From positions 92,442,001 to 92,506,000 of the forward strand of contig OX597824.1 in NCBI GenBank assembly GCA_951406725.2: DNA of 64,000 nt. Reading direction: 5' to 3'. Under the pieces are notes generated by a model. That model saw nothing but the letters and a program-made list of their open reading frames with translations. It searched no databases and was not told where the DNA came from. Every line of letters begins with the position of its first letter. Position 1 is the stretch's first letter. Below, one piece after another: positions 1 to 15,931 of the stretch. The stretch comes from Octopus vulgaris. Taxonomy: Eukaryota. Position numbers and translations under genes: made by a program.

Positions 1-152
<152 letters not shown>

Positions 153-1816
153 TAATGATACAGGATTAGCTAAGTTTTAGATAATGTATAATATAATCTC
201 GCGAGAATTTTCTGAAAGTGCTAGGAAAATAGACGCCATGAGTATGGCCCATAGATTTGAAACTGAGTGGTGATATTAGTATTATATATTTCTAAGCTTA
301 ATTATCTTTCACACGTTACTAGCAACACTTAATCTGTGTGACACAGCTGGTTTCCGTTTGAATAATGTAGAATTAATAACTTACATATTTTGGGTTTCAA
401 ATGTTACTGGTTAATTCATACTGGAGATTCAAGTTATATATTCCCTCTCAATGTAGCCACGTGGTTAATAAGTTCTATTATCTTTGGTCCTAGCAATAAA
501 TGTCCTTAACTGTAGCTGAAGCAGGGGACAATGATTACCAAAAATAGTTGGTAATTTCTGTATTGAAAATTCATAAATCTTTTGTCGTGTCTTGTGGTTG
601 CATAATCGCTTTAGTTGCACAGTCGGAAATTTGGATGGGAGCCATTTAGTCGTCGATTATAGAGACACCAGTACATGACTGGTATTTATTTTATCGTAGA
701 AGAAACGATGGAAAGTGAAGTTGCATTTGAACTGAGATGGGTTGCAATGGAATGCAATCCTCCGGACGTGGGTTGTCACTCTAGTTAGTGCTGCGGTAGA
801 ACGAGTTTTGGCCATAGTGCATGGGGACCCCTTTAGCAAAGAAATTTACATCCTGAACAAACTCACGCCATTGGCTGGATTGCTTTTGGTCCAATTCTCC
901 CACACCCATTTTTTAAACAAAAACCCAACGGAGATGGGATAAGGATAGTGAGAGCAGGTTTTGGTGAAACTAGAAGCTCCTAGTTCGTTCTTGAACGTTG
1001 GCGACAGATGCAAGACGGTCGGCTTCTTGGGACTTGGGGATAACCCAGGGATTCGTTCCTGTATCTGCAACTGGGCAGACCTATTTGCGAACACCACTGC
1101 TCACCTTGAATAGAGAAGGCCCTAAAAAAGGTGGGCTACAAGCATTCTGGCTGATAAGCCGCGTGCAGCAAGACAACCCATATCATTCATTTGAAGAGAG
1201 AATATAGAGTCGGACGAAAGCTTGCTGAACATATATCTCTACGCAGTAACGTATTTGTGTTCGTTGTCTTTGCTGGAGGATATGATAAAAAATTTTGTGC
1301 GTTCTACAAATCAAAAAAGTAAATAAAAATGGTCTTAAAATGGATTTTTAAACAATCTTTTCTTCTGTTTTAAATTTTTACTGGGCTAAGCGAGAGGAAA
1401 ACGAAAGTGAAAAACACCGAAATTCAAGCGCGGCTCTTGCATGTTTCACAAAGTGAACTATGACAACAATGCAAAGATCTGTTTTCACGACCATTGTAAC
1501 TGCCGAGCTAAACTAAACTGGAATCAAATTTCTAGATAACTACCTTTAAGCATACACTGGAATTAGATTATAAAATGCATGTTGGTTACGCTTTTAAGCT
1601 TGGGCGCCATGTCCGCGCAAATATGCAATTGATTCGACCACAAAAGGAAAATGAAATCCATATTACATCCGGTTCCAACCGTACTCCGAAAAGCACTTTC
1701 TCAATATCTTAACAGTTAAATATTTAAATATGCAGGAGATAATACGCGATATTTTTGGTCGCTTACATATTTATGTATATTTCAGTTCAATTTAGTCGTA
1801 CGTATATTCACACGCG

Positions 1817-1863
<47 letters not shown>

Positions 1864-2242
1864 ACACTCAGACCTGTATATATTAAATCTACACACAAAC
1901 ACACATTCACACTCGTACTCATTAACATGCACATCCCCCCAAAGACAAATGCATTGTAAACGTACACACAGATATACATTCACATTCGCACTCATCCCCC
2001 CACCCCGAATATATGTGTAAATATAAGCATAATATATGCATGTACGTATTCAGACGCCTTTGCTGTAAATAAATGTAAATGCATATTTAAATATTTTGCG
2101 CAACCAAAAATTAGTGATAAGAAGCTCATAGGAATACACTGAATGTATTCATACATAGGAAAAGCGTGGAAACACCTTGCTCACCTGCTCGGAATAGTAC
2201 AGCCAATTCCTCAAGCCAGATTACAAGTTCGCAACAACAACA

Positions 2243-2598
2243 GTGGAGGCGTAATGTCCCAATGGTTAGGGCAGCGAATTCGCGGTCGGAGGATCGCGGT
2301 TTCGATTCCCAGACCGGGCGTTGTGTGTGTTTATTGAGCAAAAAACACCTAAAAGCTCCACGAGGCTCCGGCAAGGGGTGGTGGCGACGCCTGTTGTAAT
2401 TTTCGCCTCAACTTTCTCTCATTCTTTTTTTCCTGTTTCTTGTCCCCGACTTCCTACGCAACCGCTGAGCCTGGATGCACATTCTTCCATCCGTCGATGT
2501 TCTCGGTGTCGGGAGTTGACCTGCTTTCACTTGTGCGGGTCTTACGAATAGCAAAGGACCTCGTTTCGGACTTCTACCAAACAAACAACAACAACAAA
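2243..2598 (+). mobile_element. tRNA-derived SINE, family C, with CAA-rich tail
   Basis: tRNA-like head with A-box-like (tgtcccaatgg) and B-box-like (ggtttcgattccc) motifs. Ends in CAA repeats and is preceded by caacaacaaca. Confidence 0.75.
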
Positions 2599-3399
2599 CC
2601 CAACAACTACAACCATGACAAAGAACAAAAATACTCTGACGCATAAAAGCAACATGAAAACGGAGAAGAACATTCACAGCAACAGCAAGGGGCATAACAA
2701 GAACAGCACGGAAAGGTGAAAAAATAGCAACACTGACAGCAACATTATCAACCACATGAGATAGAACAATGACAGTTATCACACTCGTGCAAGACCCCTC
2801 ATGCCTAGAAGCTTTCCGAAATTTAAACAATGGTAGAGGCCTTACTTCTCATAACCTGTTCAAAGCTAACCATGAGAGTATTGTTAAGATATACAGAAAT
2901 GTACCGCATATTGAATATATATTAGAGAAAAAAAATTGCTTTTAGATTACGCAGAACGAATACCATTTGTAGAATTCTTTCTTGTCCATTTGGAATAGTA
3001 ATGCTTACAGTATTTCGTATAAAGAGCTGTAGTCTACTGGCAGCATAGAATTAGATATAACTACACAATCATCGCAGTTCACTACGTCTGGATCCAGCAG
3101 CCATTAGCGAGAGGAGAATTTCAGAAACGCAGTTGCTCGTTTCCCGAATGGACAACGACGAATTTTGATTTTTTCTTTTATCAACCTAGAAAAAAAAGTG
3201 GCAAGGAGATACACTTTCGAAAAGATTGGTTATAAAGACAGTATTTTTATGCTAAACCGGGTTGGTAGGTTGGAGGACTTGATTGTGAGTAGTAATGAAG
3301 GCAATGGCGGATCCTTCCACCTAGTGACAGTTTATGTTCGAACAAGAGATGAGCGGTCGGATTCTTTAGACGCAAAACGTTTCCCGGTATAGAGAGACG

Positions 3400-3517
3400 G
3401 ATGGATAGATAGAAAGACCAACAGACAGACATACTGACAGATAGCTAGCTAGCTAGATAGATTGATACATATATAGATAGATAGATTTGTAGGTAGGTAG
3501 ATAGATGGAGAGATATG

Positions 3518-3609
<92 letters not shown>

Positions 3610-3697
3610 AAGATGGGTAAATAGATAGATAGATAGAAAGATAAAAAAATAGATAGATAGATAGATGGATAGATAGATAAATAGATAGATAGATAGA

Positions 3698-3794
<97 letters not shown>

Positions 3795-3803
3795 ATAGAT
3801 AGA
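3400..3803. repeat. (GATA)n microsatellite with internal (TA)n
   Basis: Direct reading. Confidence 0.97.
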
Positions 3804-4685
3804 TTGAGATGACAATGCTACAAATTTTATATGTCTTTTTTTACCTGCAATCTATTTAAAATATTCGTAGGAAAATATCTTTGTTCATTCCATTTATCTC
3901 TCGTATATCCTTCCTTCTCTATAAACTTATCACTGTTTATAAACACATACACATACATGCAAATTCATGGATTTTAAGCTACCCATAAATACACATACAC
4001 ACACCGCACACCACACGTGCGCGCGTACTTACACATATATGCATAATTGTATGTATATATACACAATTATACATGTACATATATGTGGGTGAGAGTGTGG
4101 GTGCGTTTGTGCATGGATATATATATTCTTTCTCTGTCAAGATACTTCTTGAATTCAAATGCACTCCACCCATTTCTGTACGGTTTTGTCCAATCGCGTT
4201 CGTATTAATCCATGCATATTACTTTCACTTTCGTTTTCTTTCGCTTATTTTTTTCCCTTCCATTTTTTCCTCTCTCTCTTTCCCTGCCTATATTTTTATT
4301 TAATTCTTCAGCTATACGTTGCATTCAATTCGTTTCGATTTCTTCTATATTTATTCATTTGTCTCATATCATTTCCTCACTCAATCTTTTTTCATGATAA
4401 TAGCAACATTGAATGCCTGCTTACTGATATATTCCCTCTCATCCCAAACCATCCTCGTGGCACCGCAGCAGAAATAAGCCTACCCCGCCCCCAACCAAAC
4501 GAAATGTGCTTTCCTCAGGTCGTTTAAAAGGTTATTAGCAAGTTCAGTGCCTGCCTCTCAAATAAGCGGCAAGATTCCTAGCCAATCCGACATGTACGCT
4601 ATTATTTTACGTATCATCTCATACAAAAAGGTGTACATTCACCAAAAGAAATGCATATATGTTTGTTTGTTATGAGTGTGTGTCT

Positions 4686-4848
4686 TATATATATATATAT
4701 ATGTATATATATATACATATACATATACATATATATATATATACATATATATACATATATATATTTATTTATATATATATTTATATATATACTTATATAT
4801 ATATATATACATATATATATACATGTATATATATATGCTTATACGTAT

Positions 4849-4882
<34 letters not shown>

Positions 4883-4944
4883 ATATACATACGTATATAT
4901 ATATATATATATATACATATACATGGATATATTTACAAATACAT

Positions 4945-4984
<40 letters not shown>

Positions 4985-5119
4985 GCATACGTATATATAT
5001 ATAGTAATAAATATTCTTAAATAAATATATGTATACGCACATGCTCCAAAGCAAACATACTTATATATCAACATATTTGAAGAAACGTATACATCTATCA
5101 ATCTATCTATCTGTTTATG

Positions 5120-5166
<47 letters not shown>

Positions 5167-5591
5167 ATATATATATGTACATGTATATATATATATGTGT
5201 GTGTGTGTGCGTGTACATGGTGTGTACACGAACACAACTACCCACATGAATGCATCCATATACGCACACGGATAAACACGCATACATAGAAACGATATTA
5301 TACGTACCGTTGTATATGTATGGGTGCATGTATGCGTGCACGGACGTAATAGTTTATATGCATGCATTGCTGCTCGTGTGTATAAGTGTAATATAAATAC
5401 GGTGCATACGTTTGTGATTTTATTACGTGCTGACATTTACAAGGTATATCTATACTTACAAATATATATGGATGTACATATGTGCATATGTATTTGGAGA
5501 TTATCTGCGTATGTATACGCCACGATCTAGTATATACATACATACATACATACATACATACATACATACATACATACATACATACATACAT

Positions 5592-5649
<58 letters not shown>

Positions 5650-5691
5650 AATATATATATATATATATATAAAGAAATAGATATATATATA

Positions 5692-5732
<41 letters not shown>

Positions 5733-5821
5733 TATCTAAATATATATACAAATATATATATATATATAAATAAATATATATATATATAAAGAAATAGATA
5801 TATATATATAAATAATATAAA

Positions 5822-5866
<45 letters not shown>

Positions 5867-5935
5867 AATATACATACATATATATATAAATATATATATA
5901 TATGTACATACATAAATATATATACATATTTTTTT

Positions 5936-5972
<37 letters not shown>

Positions 5973-6460
5973 TACAGGTATTATTTCCTGTACGTTTGTC
6001 TATTTGTGCTTGAGTATGTAAAGCTTTACACTTCATGTATCGTACATATATATTCCTTCACTGCACGAAACAGCAATCATAATTTTTCCATCACACACCA
6101 TAAAAGGTTTTCGTAATTGCGCAGCTTTACATAAATGCACGCACATCATAAAATACAACAAACTTCTGAAAAACCTTAAATTTAAGGCTTACACAAATAA
6201 TTGTGATGCATCGATTATATGGGGGGACTTTCGATTTACACGGATATTTTAAGCGAAAATAGTTGCGTGGTTACTCGTACTTGCCAAAATTACTGGATGC
6301 GTACGCATGGCGGAAATGTTCCTGAATATCAATTGTAATGACTCTATACTCACACACTCACATACATTTATATTCCTCTGTATAGGTATATACCTACATT
6401 CATATACATACATGCATACATACATGCATACATACATGCATACATACATACATACATACA

Positions 6461-6542
<82 letters not shown>

Positions 6543-6551
6543 CGTATATAT
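4686..6551. repeat. Cluster of (TA)n/(CATA)n/(TG)n microsatellites
   Basis: Direct reading; source of the many IYIY-type ORFs. Confidence 0.9.
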
Positions 6552-6781
6552 GACGATCAACCATCTTTCCTTTCCTCACGTGACCATCCTTCTTTTTCTT
6601 TTACTCTTTTACGCAGTTGAGACTCATTCGTATCTATCTCCTCTCTTTTCCCTTATTCAAAGAATTCCCTTCCATCGTTCGCCATCTGAACTCATCTGAG
6701 CCTTACGGCCCTCTATATTTGTATTCGCATGTATATTTTTATGTCTATATATGCATACATGCATATACATATATATATATA

Positions 6782-6948
6782 TGCACATTTTTTCTCTCCT
6801 TGTTTTTTTTCTGTGTCCCTTTCTGTAGAAGAGCGTAGGCTCGAAACGTAAAAGACTTTTTCTATTCCTGAGCGCTATACTAATACATAGGTTTGTTCGT
6901 ACACCACCTATCTTCGTCTTTTGTTTATTTTCGTAAACTTTCCCTTTA
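6782..6948 (+). mobile_element. Short TA-embedded element with hammerhead-like motif, family H1, copy 1
   Basis: Near-identical to 13147-13355, 35500-35672 and 40072-40278. Motif at 6819-6854: CTTT CTGTAGA A GAGC-GTAG-GCTC GAAAC GTA AAAG. Confidence 0.75.
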
Positions 6949-6967
6949 TATATATATAATACACACA

Positions 6968-7189
6968 CAGAATGTCTTCAAAGAGTCACTCCGCACTGTA
7001 TTGTTTTCATAAATATACTTCAAATCGAGTGCAGAAGAGTCAACGTATGTATTGAAAATGAAGGACGACACTTTCAACACCTCTTATAAGCTTTTGAAAA
7101 GTCTAGAATATTCTTTTCTAGTCTTATATCCGTCTTATAAATATTTATTTTGCAATAAAATACTGCATCGAGACTATTTGAACACCCTG
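6968..7189 (+). mobile_element. Tc1/mariner-superfamily internal-deletion derivative (MITE-like)
   Basis: Degenerate TIRs (cagaatgtcttcaaagagtc / gagactatttgaacaccctg, a CAGGGTGTTCAAA type). Retains the transposase C-terminus ECRRVNVCIENEGRHFQHLL*. Confidence 0.7.
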
Positions 7190-7484
7190 TTTATATAAGA
7201 TGAGAGAGCACTGAATGGATTCCTTTTGTGCTAAAACCACGAACATTTCTACCCTTATTATTTAATTCTATGCATAAATACGTATAAATCCAGCATTAAT
7301 AGGCTTCAGATTGTAAGGCAAAGGAGTAAAGAGGCTGCAAATATAACACCTGCACTGACCTGTAATCTTCATACTTACAGAATCTGTGGCCTTGTTTGTA
7401 AATCGTTGGTGAGACTTAAATGTCACATTCGACATAGGAATTATGTCGGAGCCGCATACGTTGAAACCGACGGGAGAGTCCACC

Positions 7485-7521
<37 letters not shown>

Positions 7522-7578
7522 GGTGTTAGTAAAGTCAGAAAGAAACAACGAAACAGATAAGTTTAAACAAAGATGTTA

Positions 7579-7953
7579 GTGGGTTCAGTCCCACTGCGTG
7601 GCATTTTGGGCAAGTGTCTTCTACTATAGCCCCGGGCCGACCAATGTCTTGTGAGTGAGTGGATTTGGTAGACAGAAACTGAAAGAAGCCTGTCGTATAT
7701 ATGTAGATATATATAAGTGTGTGTGTGTGTGTATATGTTTGTGTGTCTGTGTTTGTCCCCCTAGCATTGCTTGACAACCGATGCTGGTGTGTTTACGTCC
7801 CCGTCACTTAGCGGTTCGGCAAAAAAGACCGATAGAATAAGTACTGGGCTTACAAAGAATAAGTCCCGGGGTCGATTTGCTCGACTAAAGGCGGTGCTCC
7901 AGCATGACCGCAGTCAAATGACTGAAACAAGTAAAAGAGTAAAAGAGTAAAGA
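7579..7953 (+). mobile_element. CORE-type tRNA SINE (octopus OR2-like), family A, 5'-truncated
   Basis: gggttcagtcccactgcgtggca..ttgggcaagtgtctt CORE-like motif, internal TA/TG tract, (GTAAAAGA)n tail. Confidence 0.9.
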
Positions 7954-8767
7954 CCGCGAGACACATAACTTCATTTACTTTGTAGTGTCAGAGAGGTTGA
8001 CCGTTTAATTTATCTGAATTAAAACGCATAAAAAAGACTGGAATTACTCTCAAGGCGTAGTTAGTATTACTGCTTTCTACAATAAATATTTCGTAAGATT
8101 ACCCGGCATCAATTACTTAAGTACGAAGCCTAGTTAGTTCAACAAACGCCCCTAAACCCATTAATTGCCCACTACTTGACACCTATATAGATATAAACCT
8201 TTCACACCAACTACATTTTCTGGGTTTCTTTTTCTTTGTACAGCTCATGGGCTCCGAATTACAGCCTACCGTATTATGAAGATTGTCTCAAAATGCTGAA
8301 AATAGGAGTTAAGTGATAAGCTGGTCTCCTGCGCTCATACACTTCGGTACTGTATTGCCAGTTCCGGCAGATCCTGCTTCATTTTATACACATCACACCT
8401 TAGCGCTGTTACCCCATGTTTTCCTTACGGCGAACCACAGAATTGTGCAAATAGTTATTGAATGAGGACGGGAATATTATAAGAGGGGTCCGTCACGTGT
8501 GTCACTTCGCAGCGTCTGCTTTCCAGTTTTTGCGGCTGAGGAGGATATAATCACTCTGAAATGCATGCACGCACAGGGGCGCTGTGAGCTGAGGCGTTCT
8601 ATTTGCACTTATTTGTGACAATAAATAGTTTTTTTTTCTATGTGTTCGAATATACTTGAAGCATATTCGAACCCGCAACATATTCAAAGCGGAGTCTAAG
8701 CCCAGAGTTATACGACGATATTCAATAGCTTTGGGGTCAGGTATAGTACTGATGTAATATTCTGACA

Positions 8768-9183
8768 AGGTTGTGTTTTTAAACCTTTCCCAACAACATG
8801 GTTCTGGGTTCAGTTCCACTGCGTGGCATCTTGGGCCGGTGTCTTGTACTATAGCCTCGGGCTGAACAAAGCCTTGTGAGTGGATGTGATAGACGGAAAG
8901 TATGTGTGTGTGCGTGTGAGTGTGTGTGTGTATGTGTGTGTGTGTGTGTATTTGAATGTAATGTATGTTGGGATTTCTGCCTGTGTTTGTCCCACACCAT
9001 CGCGTGACAACCGACGTTGGTATGCTTACGTCCTCCCGTAACTCAGTAGTTGGGCAAAAGTCACCGATGGTATAAGTACTAGGGTTACAAAGAACAAGTC
9101 CTGGGGTCGATTTCTTCGACTTAAGCGGCGCTCCAGCATGGCCGTAGTCAAAATGGCTGAAACAAATAAAAGAATGAAAGAAT
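8768..9183 (+). mobile_element. SINE family A copy (diverged)
   Basis: Collinear with the 23991-24395 copy. Confidence 0.85.
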
Positions 9184-9617
9184 ATATACATACAGAAACA
9201 CATGTTGCAATTGAGACACATACGTTCATCCACAAACTCACACACACACACACACATACACACACACGTACACGCACACACAGACACATACACAGAGGCA
9301 CAGACACACGCACATACAATGCTATAGATATATATATATAGTCATATGTGTATATGTCTTCATGTATGGCTCATACATCAGAGCATGATCAGAGGCTAAA
9401 TGTTCACAATCTGCATAAGCTTAGAGGATGATCTTTGAGTCTCCTTTTCAAAGAATAGATGTCTGGAAGAGTTAGTATCAGTGTTGAATGACTGCGTGCG
9501 CGTTTGAGTGCTCTGGCTGGAATTGGTAAATCAATAGAGACAGAACTATAAAACAATAGTTGCGAGGTTCCTCTGTACATCCGTCCTCTGCTTTTCTTTC
9601 TTCACTGTGCCTGGAAA

Positions 9618-11164
<1,547 letters not shown>

Positions 11165-11165
<1 letters not shown>

Positions 11166-11815
11166 CGGTTTGTCAGCTGAGTCTATCGTCAATATCGTCA
11201 CGCCTCCTTCCTTCAAACAGGAAAGAAGAGCTATGTTCATCATCCTTGTGGCTATGGCGAAAGAATGTATCTGGTGGTCGCGTCTGAAACGATTAGAGAC
11301 AAACACTTTACTCTCTGGTCAATCTCTCATCTACTTCTTCAAGTATCACTTGAAAAGGGAAGTGAGAGTAGCGAGGCAAGTTTTGTCTAGCGAATGTTTT
11401 AAATAAAGATGGGTGAATGTAGCAAGGATGGCACGTATGAAAGACGAAACCACCTTGATCATGATCCTATGAACCCAGAAAAATTTAAAACCCAGAGTTA
11501 CTTACTTTCAAATAAATGTGTTAACATGTGACAGTAATGACCGAGGTTACCGTGGTCTTTTTCGTAGGCTCTTTCTTTCCACGGATAAACTTTATCTGCT
11601 TCCCATTTGCACTTTACATCATGACATTTCTGTGATACAAGATCCATATTGATTGTTTTTTCTTTTCTTTTTTCTTTTCTTTTTTTTTTTCCTCTCTACG
11701 ATCCCTTTTGAACGAAAACCTACCTCACTCCTTTTTCTTCTCCCCCAAAAGAAAAGTTCTACTTTGTAATTTGTCCCGTCTTTGTCCAGCCCTGTGTGGC
11801 TAATAAAGAAACACA
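11165..11815 (+). mobile_element. 5'-truncated L1/Tx1-like non-LTR retrotransposon 3' end inside (CTAT)n
   Basis: Frame reads ...[23 protein letters not shown]...SECFK*RWVNVAR..., resembling the L1/Tx1 ORF2 C-terminal 'aK..IW..R' motif. Followed by a T-rich 3'UTR with AATAAA. (CTAT)n lies on both flanks. Confidence 0.6.
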
Positions 11816-11843
11816 TCTATCTATCTGTCTGTCTATCATTTTG

Positions 11844-11909
<66 letters not shown>

Positions 11910-13146
11910 AATCAATCTATCTAGCTATCTAAACCTGTCTACACACAAAATGTTCTGGGCAAATGTGACATTTCGCATAAAAAGAAGCTAAAACGCTATA
12001 TTCCAGCCAAAAATAAAAGCATTTTCAAAAATGAAAATAAATCAACTAAAATTATGTCTGTCTATCTGGTTATTCAAATTACATGCCCTCATCTTTCTCC
12101 ACGGCCTGAAGGCGGCTCTGGTCCCTACCTTTTTCAACTGAGCCCTACAAATAGTAAATCTTGGGAATACAATCGGAGTAATTACAAAACCAGTATTTAG
12201 GGCTGTTGAAGTCATAGAAATACTCCGACACCGTTTCTCACTGTCTCATAAGATATGGTGCCAAATAATGTGAATAAAATCTATATGAAGAAAACTTTAA
12301 GGGGAAAAGAGTTATCGTGTAAGATATCCTACCGAATCGTTAGCAACCAATTTTATGCTTTCTACATGCATGCTTTGGAAAGGAATGTATAACCCGATGC
12401 GTTGTTCCTGAATTTAAGCGCGACGGGTATTATTTAAGGAAGATCTCGCTTCTCGTTCTGTGTGGTTGGGTAAATTGCAAACAAACCGTTTCGATGTCTT
12501 ACAATGTTATTTATAAATATGCATCATTCGAAATAACTTATTATATCGCGTTTGCATTAAAAAAAAATATGTGCATTTGAGATATATATGTACAAAGAGT
12601 CAGATATCTTCAATCTACCGAGAAAGGACGTGATTATAGGCGAATATATCGCATATTTCGTTTCACACAAAGATAATCACACGAAGAAAATGGCGGCGAA
12701 AAGTGCCATTGAGCTTGCATTAGCAGATCGCTTGTCTAATATTATTGTTAGCGATATTCATGGCCGATCAGACGTTTAATATTTCACTGAATGCAACAAA
12801 AGTTTTAATGAATATTTCCAAATACTTGTTTATTTTTTTAATGTCACTTTACTGAGTATCTCCATATATGTATATATTGGCATATAGCGCAATTGCCCCC
12901 AACAGCAGCGCTGATGTTTCCACGTTTTTACACAGCTGCTTCACTGCATCTCCATGTTTCTGGAATTCAATTCCATGCTCATGTGGAACAAATACTACAG
13001 GTTGTTTTTTTTTTATTCCAATTCACCAGCTATTCTCTTATTCCATCGATGCGTTACGTTAAATTATACACGAAAAAAGCGTTATACATACGATGATACA
13101 TGCACATACATTTATTAACATATACGTATGTATGTATGTATGTATA

Positions 13147-13355
13147 TCAGTCGGCATGATAGATCGTTAGCCACTACACGCATTTTTTCTCTCCTTATTT
13201 CTCTCTTTGTTTTTTCTGTGTCCCTTTCTGTAGAAGAGCGTAGGCTCGAAATGTAAAAGACTTTATTCTATTCCAGAGCGTTATACTAATACATTTGTTT
13301 GTTTTGTACACCACCTGTCTTCGTCTTTGGTTTTTTTTTGGGTAAACTCTCCCTA
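13147..13355 (+). mobile_element. Hammerhead-like element family H1, copy 2
   Basis: ctttctgtagaagagcgtaggctcgaaatgtaaaag at about 13224-13259; TA/TGTA flanks. Confidence 0.75.
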
Positions 13356-13361
13356 TACATA

Positions 13362-13405
<44 letters not shown>

Positions 13406-13413
13406 AGAGTTAA

Positions 13414-13650
13414 AGAATGGAGTAGATAAGATCCGAGCTAAATATGTTTCATCGCGAGCGGAACCTCGGAAGTGGTAAATACCCAGGCGCGGTGAATACC
13501 GCAGGCTAAACCTCAGGCAACTCTCATTTAATCAAAATATGCTTGGTCTGAGCAGTAGCCTGTGATATACACCTTGCTTGGATATTTACCGCTTCCGAGG
13601 TTCTAATCGTTATGAAACATATGTAGCCAGGATCTTATCTGCTCCATTCT
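13414..13650. mobile_element. Fold-back / MITE-like element with about 95-bp imperfect inverted arms
   Basis: agaatggagtagataagatcc...gaacctcggaagtggtaaata pairs with tatttaccgcttccgaggttc...ggatcttatctgctccattct. Confidence 0.7.
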
Positions 13651-13919
13651 CCACATCTTTCATTCTTATTCGCATGTCCGGTCAATCCTGGCCGTCTTCC
13701 ATGAAATATTTAAAAAGACCTGTCATAACCCAGTCGGGAACGAACAAATATGTATGTATATGAATATATAATATAAATGTGTATGTGTGTGAGAGTATGT
13801 GTGTGTGTGTGTGTGTATGTGCATACTTTGCATCCCAGGAACATGAGCATGGACTTGGTTCCTAAGTCCAAGGCTATCTATTAGCCTCAATTGCCCAGAA
13901 CATTTTGTGTAGACAAGTT

Positions 13920-14005
<86 letters not shown>

Positions 14006-14011
14006 GATATA

Positions 14012-15210
14012 CGTCCTCGTTTTTGCTGATAAAACATCCTACAAACCACCGGCATCTCACTTTAATTGTGTGGTTGTGTATCCGACAGCTTTGGCTTCTA
14101 CTCTCCTGGTAAATGGCAAGCTGTCTCTAATCAGCTTCTTTCATGTGAGATGAAAAGAGAACTTCTTTCTGCACACAAGTTTCAGGAGAATACCTCACAC
14201 CTTGTCTGGTGTGAACGTCAGTTGCACATATTAAAGCATTTAAACAATTCGGTTCAGAAATATGAACCTGCGATGCTTCGACCCACGTGATCAAGACGCC
14301 TATTTGGTCCACCCAGTTAAACCTCTTCAACTACAACAGAGTTGGTCCCTCTTCAACTTCAACAGGTTAATATTATATCGAATGGTGGGCTCCATACCTA
14401 CTCAAGAGCTTTCTGTATAAACTTTCTGCATTCGCCTTTTATCCAGTCTATAATCCCAAATGCACAACCGAAAACAGGAACTGCTCTTGAATTAATTTCT
14501 TGAATGAATCGCTTCAAAGGCATTTCTTGCGATTCACCTTTTCCTCGAATAGCTTCCTCGCGTTTCTTGTATTCTCCGTACTTGTAAATAACTTAATCTC
14601 TTCATGTTTATTTCACCCACCTCCAGCATCCCAAATATGTCTACCATCCTCTCTCGTCTCAACCGATTTCATTGCTTACTCTCAGTTGGCATTTCATTTC
14701 CATGGTTTCCATCAAATCATTCCCATTTCACTATCAATAAAACGCAGTTTCCAATCCCGAACTCCATTCCCACATCATTTGAGAAAACACGAAATGTAAT
14801 TGCTCCTCTTTCATCGCATAAAGCTTTATATCATCCAATGATACATATAGCCTTATCCTTCTTCCAAATCTTAAGTTAAGTTGACTTACCATAATATTAA
14901 AATAACCGACATCACGGATAATAAAAAATAATAATAATGATAAGCTAACATGGTAACGCATATAAGCTATCAATGGAGATAAGCTTAGCTCCCGTTCCCT
15001 TTCATTCCCAATACACTCATCATGATTGCCCGTCTGATAAGCGTACAACAGACACATGCATCGCAACCATATGTGCACAACATGGTGATCTATTATCAAT
15101 AGAAACAGCACATGACTTTGCAGATGGGACCCTGTCAGAATTTCCTTCACGTCGAGTAGCCCATTCCGATCAAGAGGTCCTGTCCCTTATTAAGGTTTGT
15201 CTAAGGATGA
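14012..15210 (-). mobile_element. Degenerate R4/Dong-like (RLE-type) non-LTR retrotransposon RT fragment
   Basis: Frameshifted minus-strand motifs SLSLLLF (degenerate GDSLSPLLF), LDDIKLYA, FSNDVGMEFG, INSRAVPVFGCAFGIIDW, and CRMF at the start of the zinc knuckle. Confidence 0.75.
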
Positions 15211-15639
15211 TGAAATAGGCACCAATATTTCCAGAAATAAATTATTCCAACCGCAAATAATCCCTCTCAACACTTGGCAATGATGCTCCCCCACTGTTCC
15301 TGCTCATAATCAGAGATGCACATATCGTCAGCCATTAAGGGACATGCCCAGCTGGTTAAACTCAAACAACTAATAAGCAAATATGTGTTATTGAGCAGAA
15401 TATTTGCGGTTGCCCATCTTTTATACAAACACAAAACATGTGCAGGTTAACCCTATTATTGATTTGACACGGGTTCGTTCCTGTTTCTAGTAGAATATAT
15501 GTGAATAGCAGGAAACCTTAGGTAACCACAAGCTATCCTCTAATCTTGGGTTTCCACAAGCTTTCAATTGTCTTTCAAATGCTTAATAATCCCCTGATAA
15601 TCATATCTGTCCTTATGATTACTATTATTATTATTATTA

Positions 15640-15857
15640 AGGCGGCTATCCGGATGGAATCGTTAGCATGCCGGTCAAAATGCTGAGCAGCATTTCGTCC
15701 GTCTTTACGTTCTGAATTGATATTCCGCAGAGGGCGAATTTACCTTTCATTATTTCGAGGTCAATAAAATAAGGTCCGGCGAAACCCCTGGGTCCATATA
15801 ATCGACTAGTACCCTCCCCTCAAAATTTCAGGCCTCGTGCCTACAGTTGAAAGGATC
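15640..15857 (+). mobile_element. Deu/Nin-domain-like tRNA SINE (possibly octopus OR1-like), family B
   Basis: ggcgg...gaatcgttagcatgccgg head and a degenerate cctttcat...ggtcaataaaataag Deu/Nin-like motif; tail runs into (ATC)n. Confidence 0.75.
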
Positions 15858-15880
15858 ATCATAATCGTCGTCATCATCAG

Positions 15881-15931
<51 letters not shown>

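Noticed and set aside
740-825. Partial HDV-like ribozyme fold
   Set aside because: P1 has a mismatch, the GG needed for P1.1 is absent and L3 length is atypical.
8531-8573. CTGAGGA...GAAA hammerhead-like core
   Set aside because: No NUH triplet in register with stem I, weak stem II, single copy.
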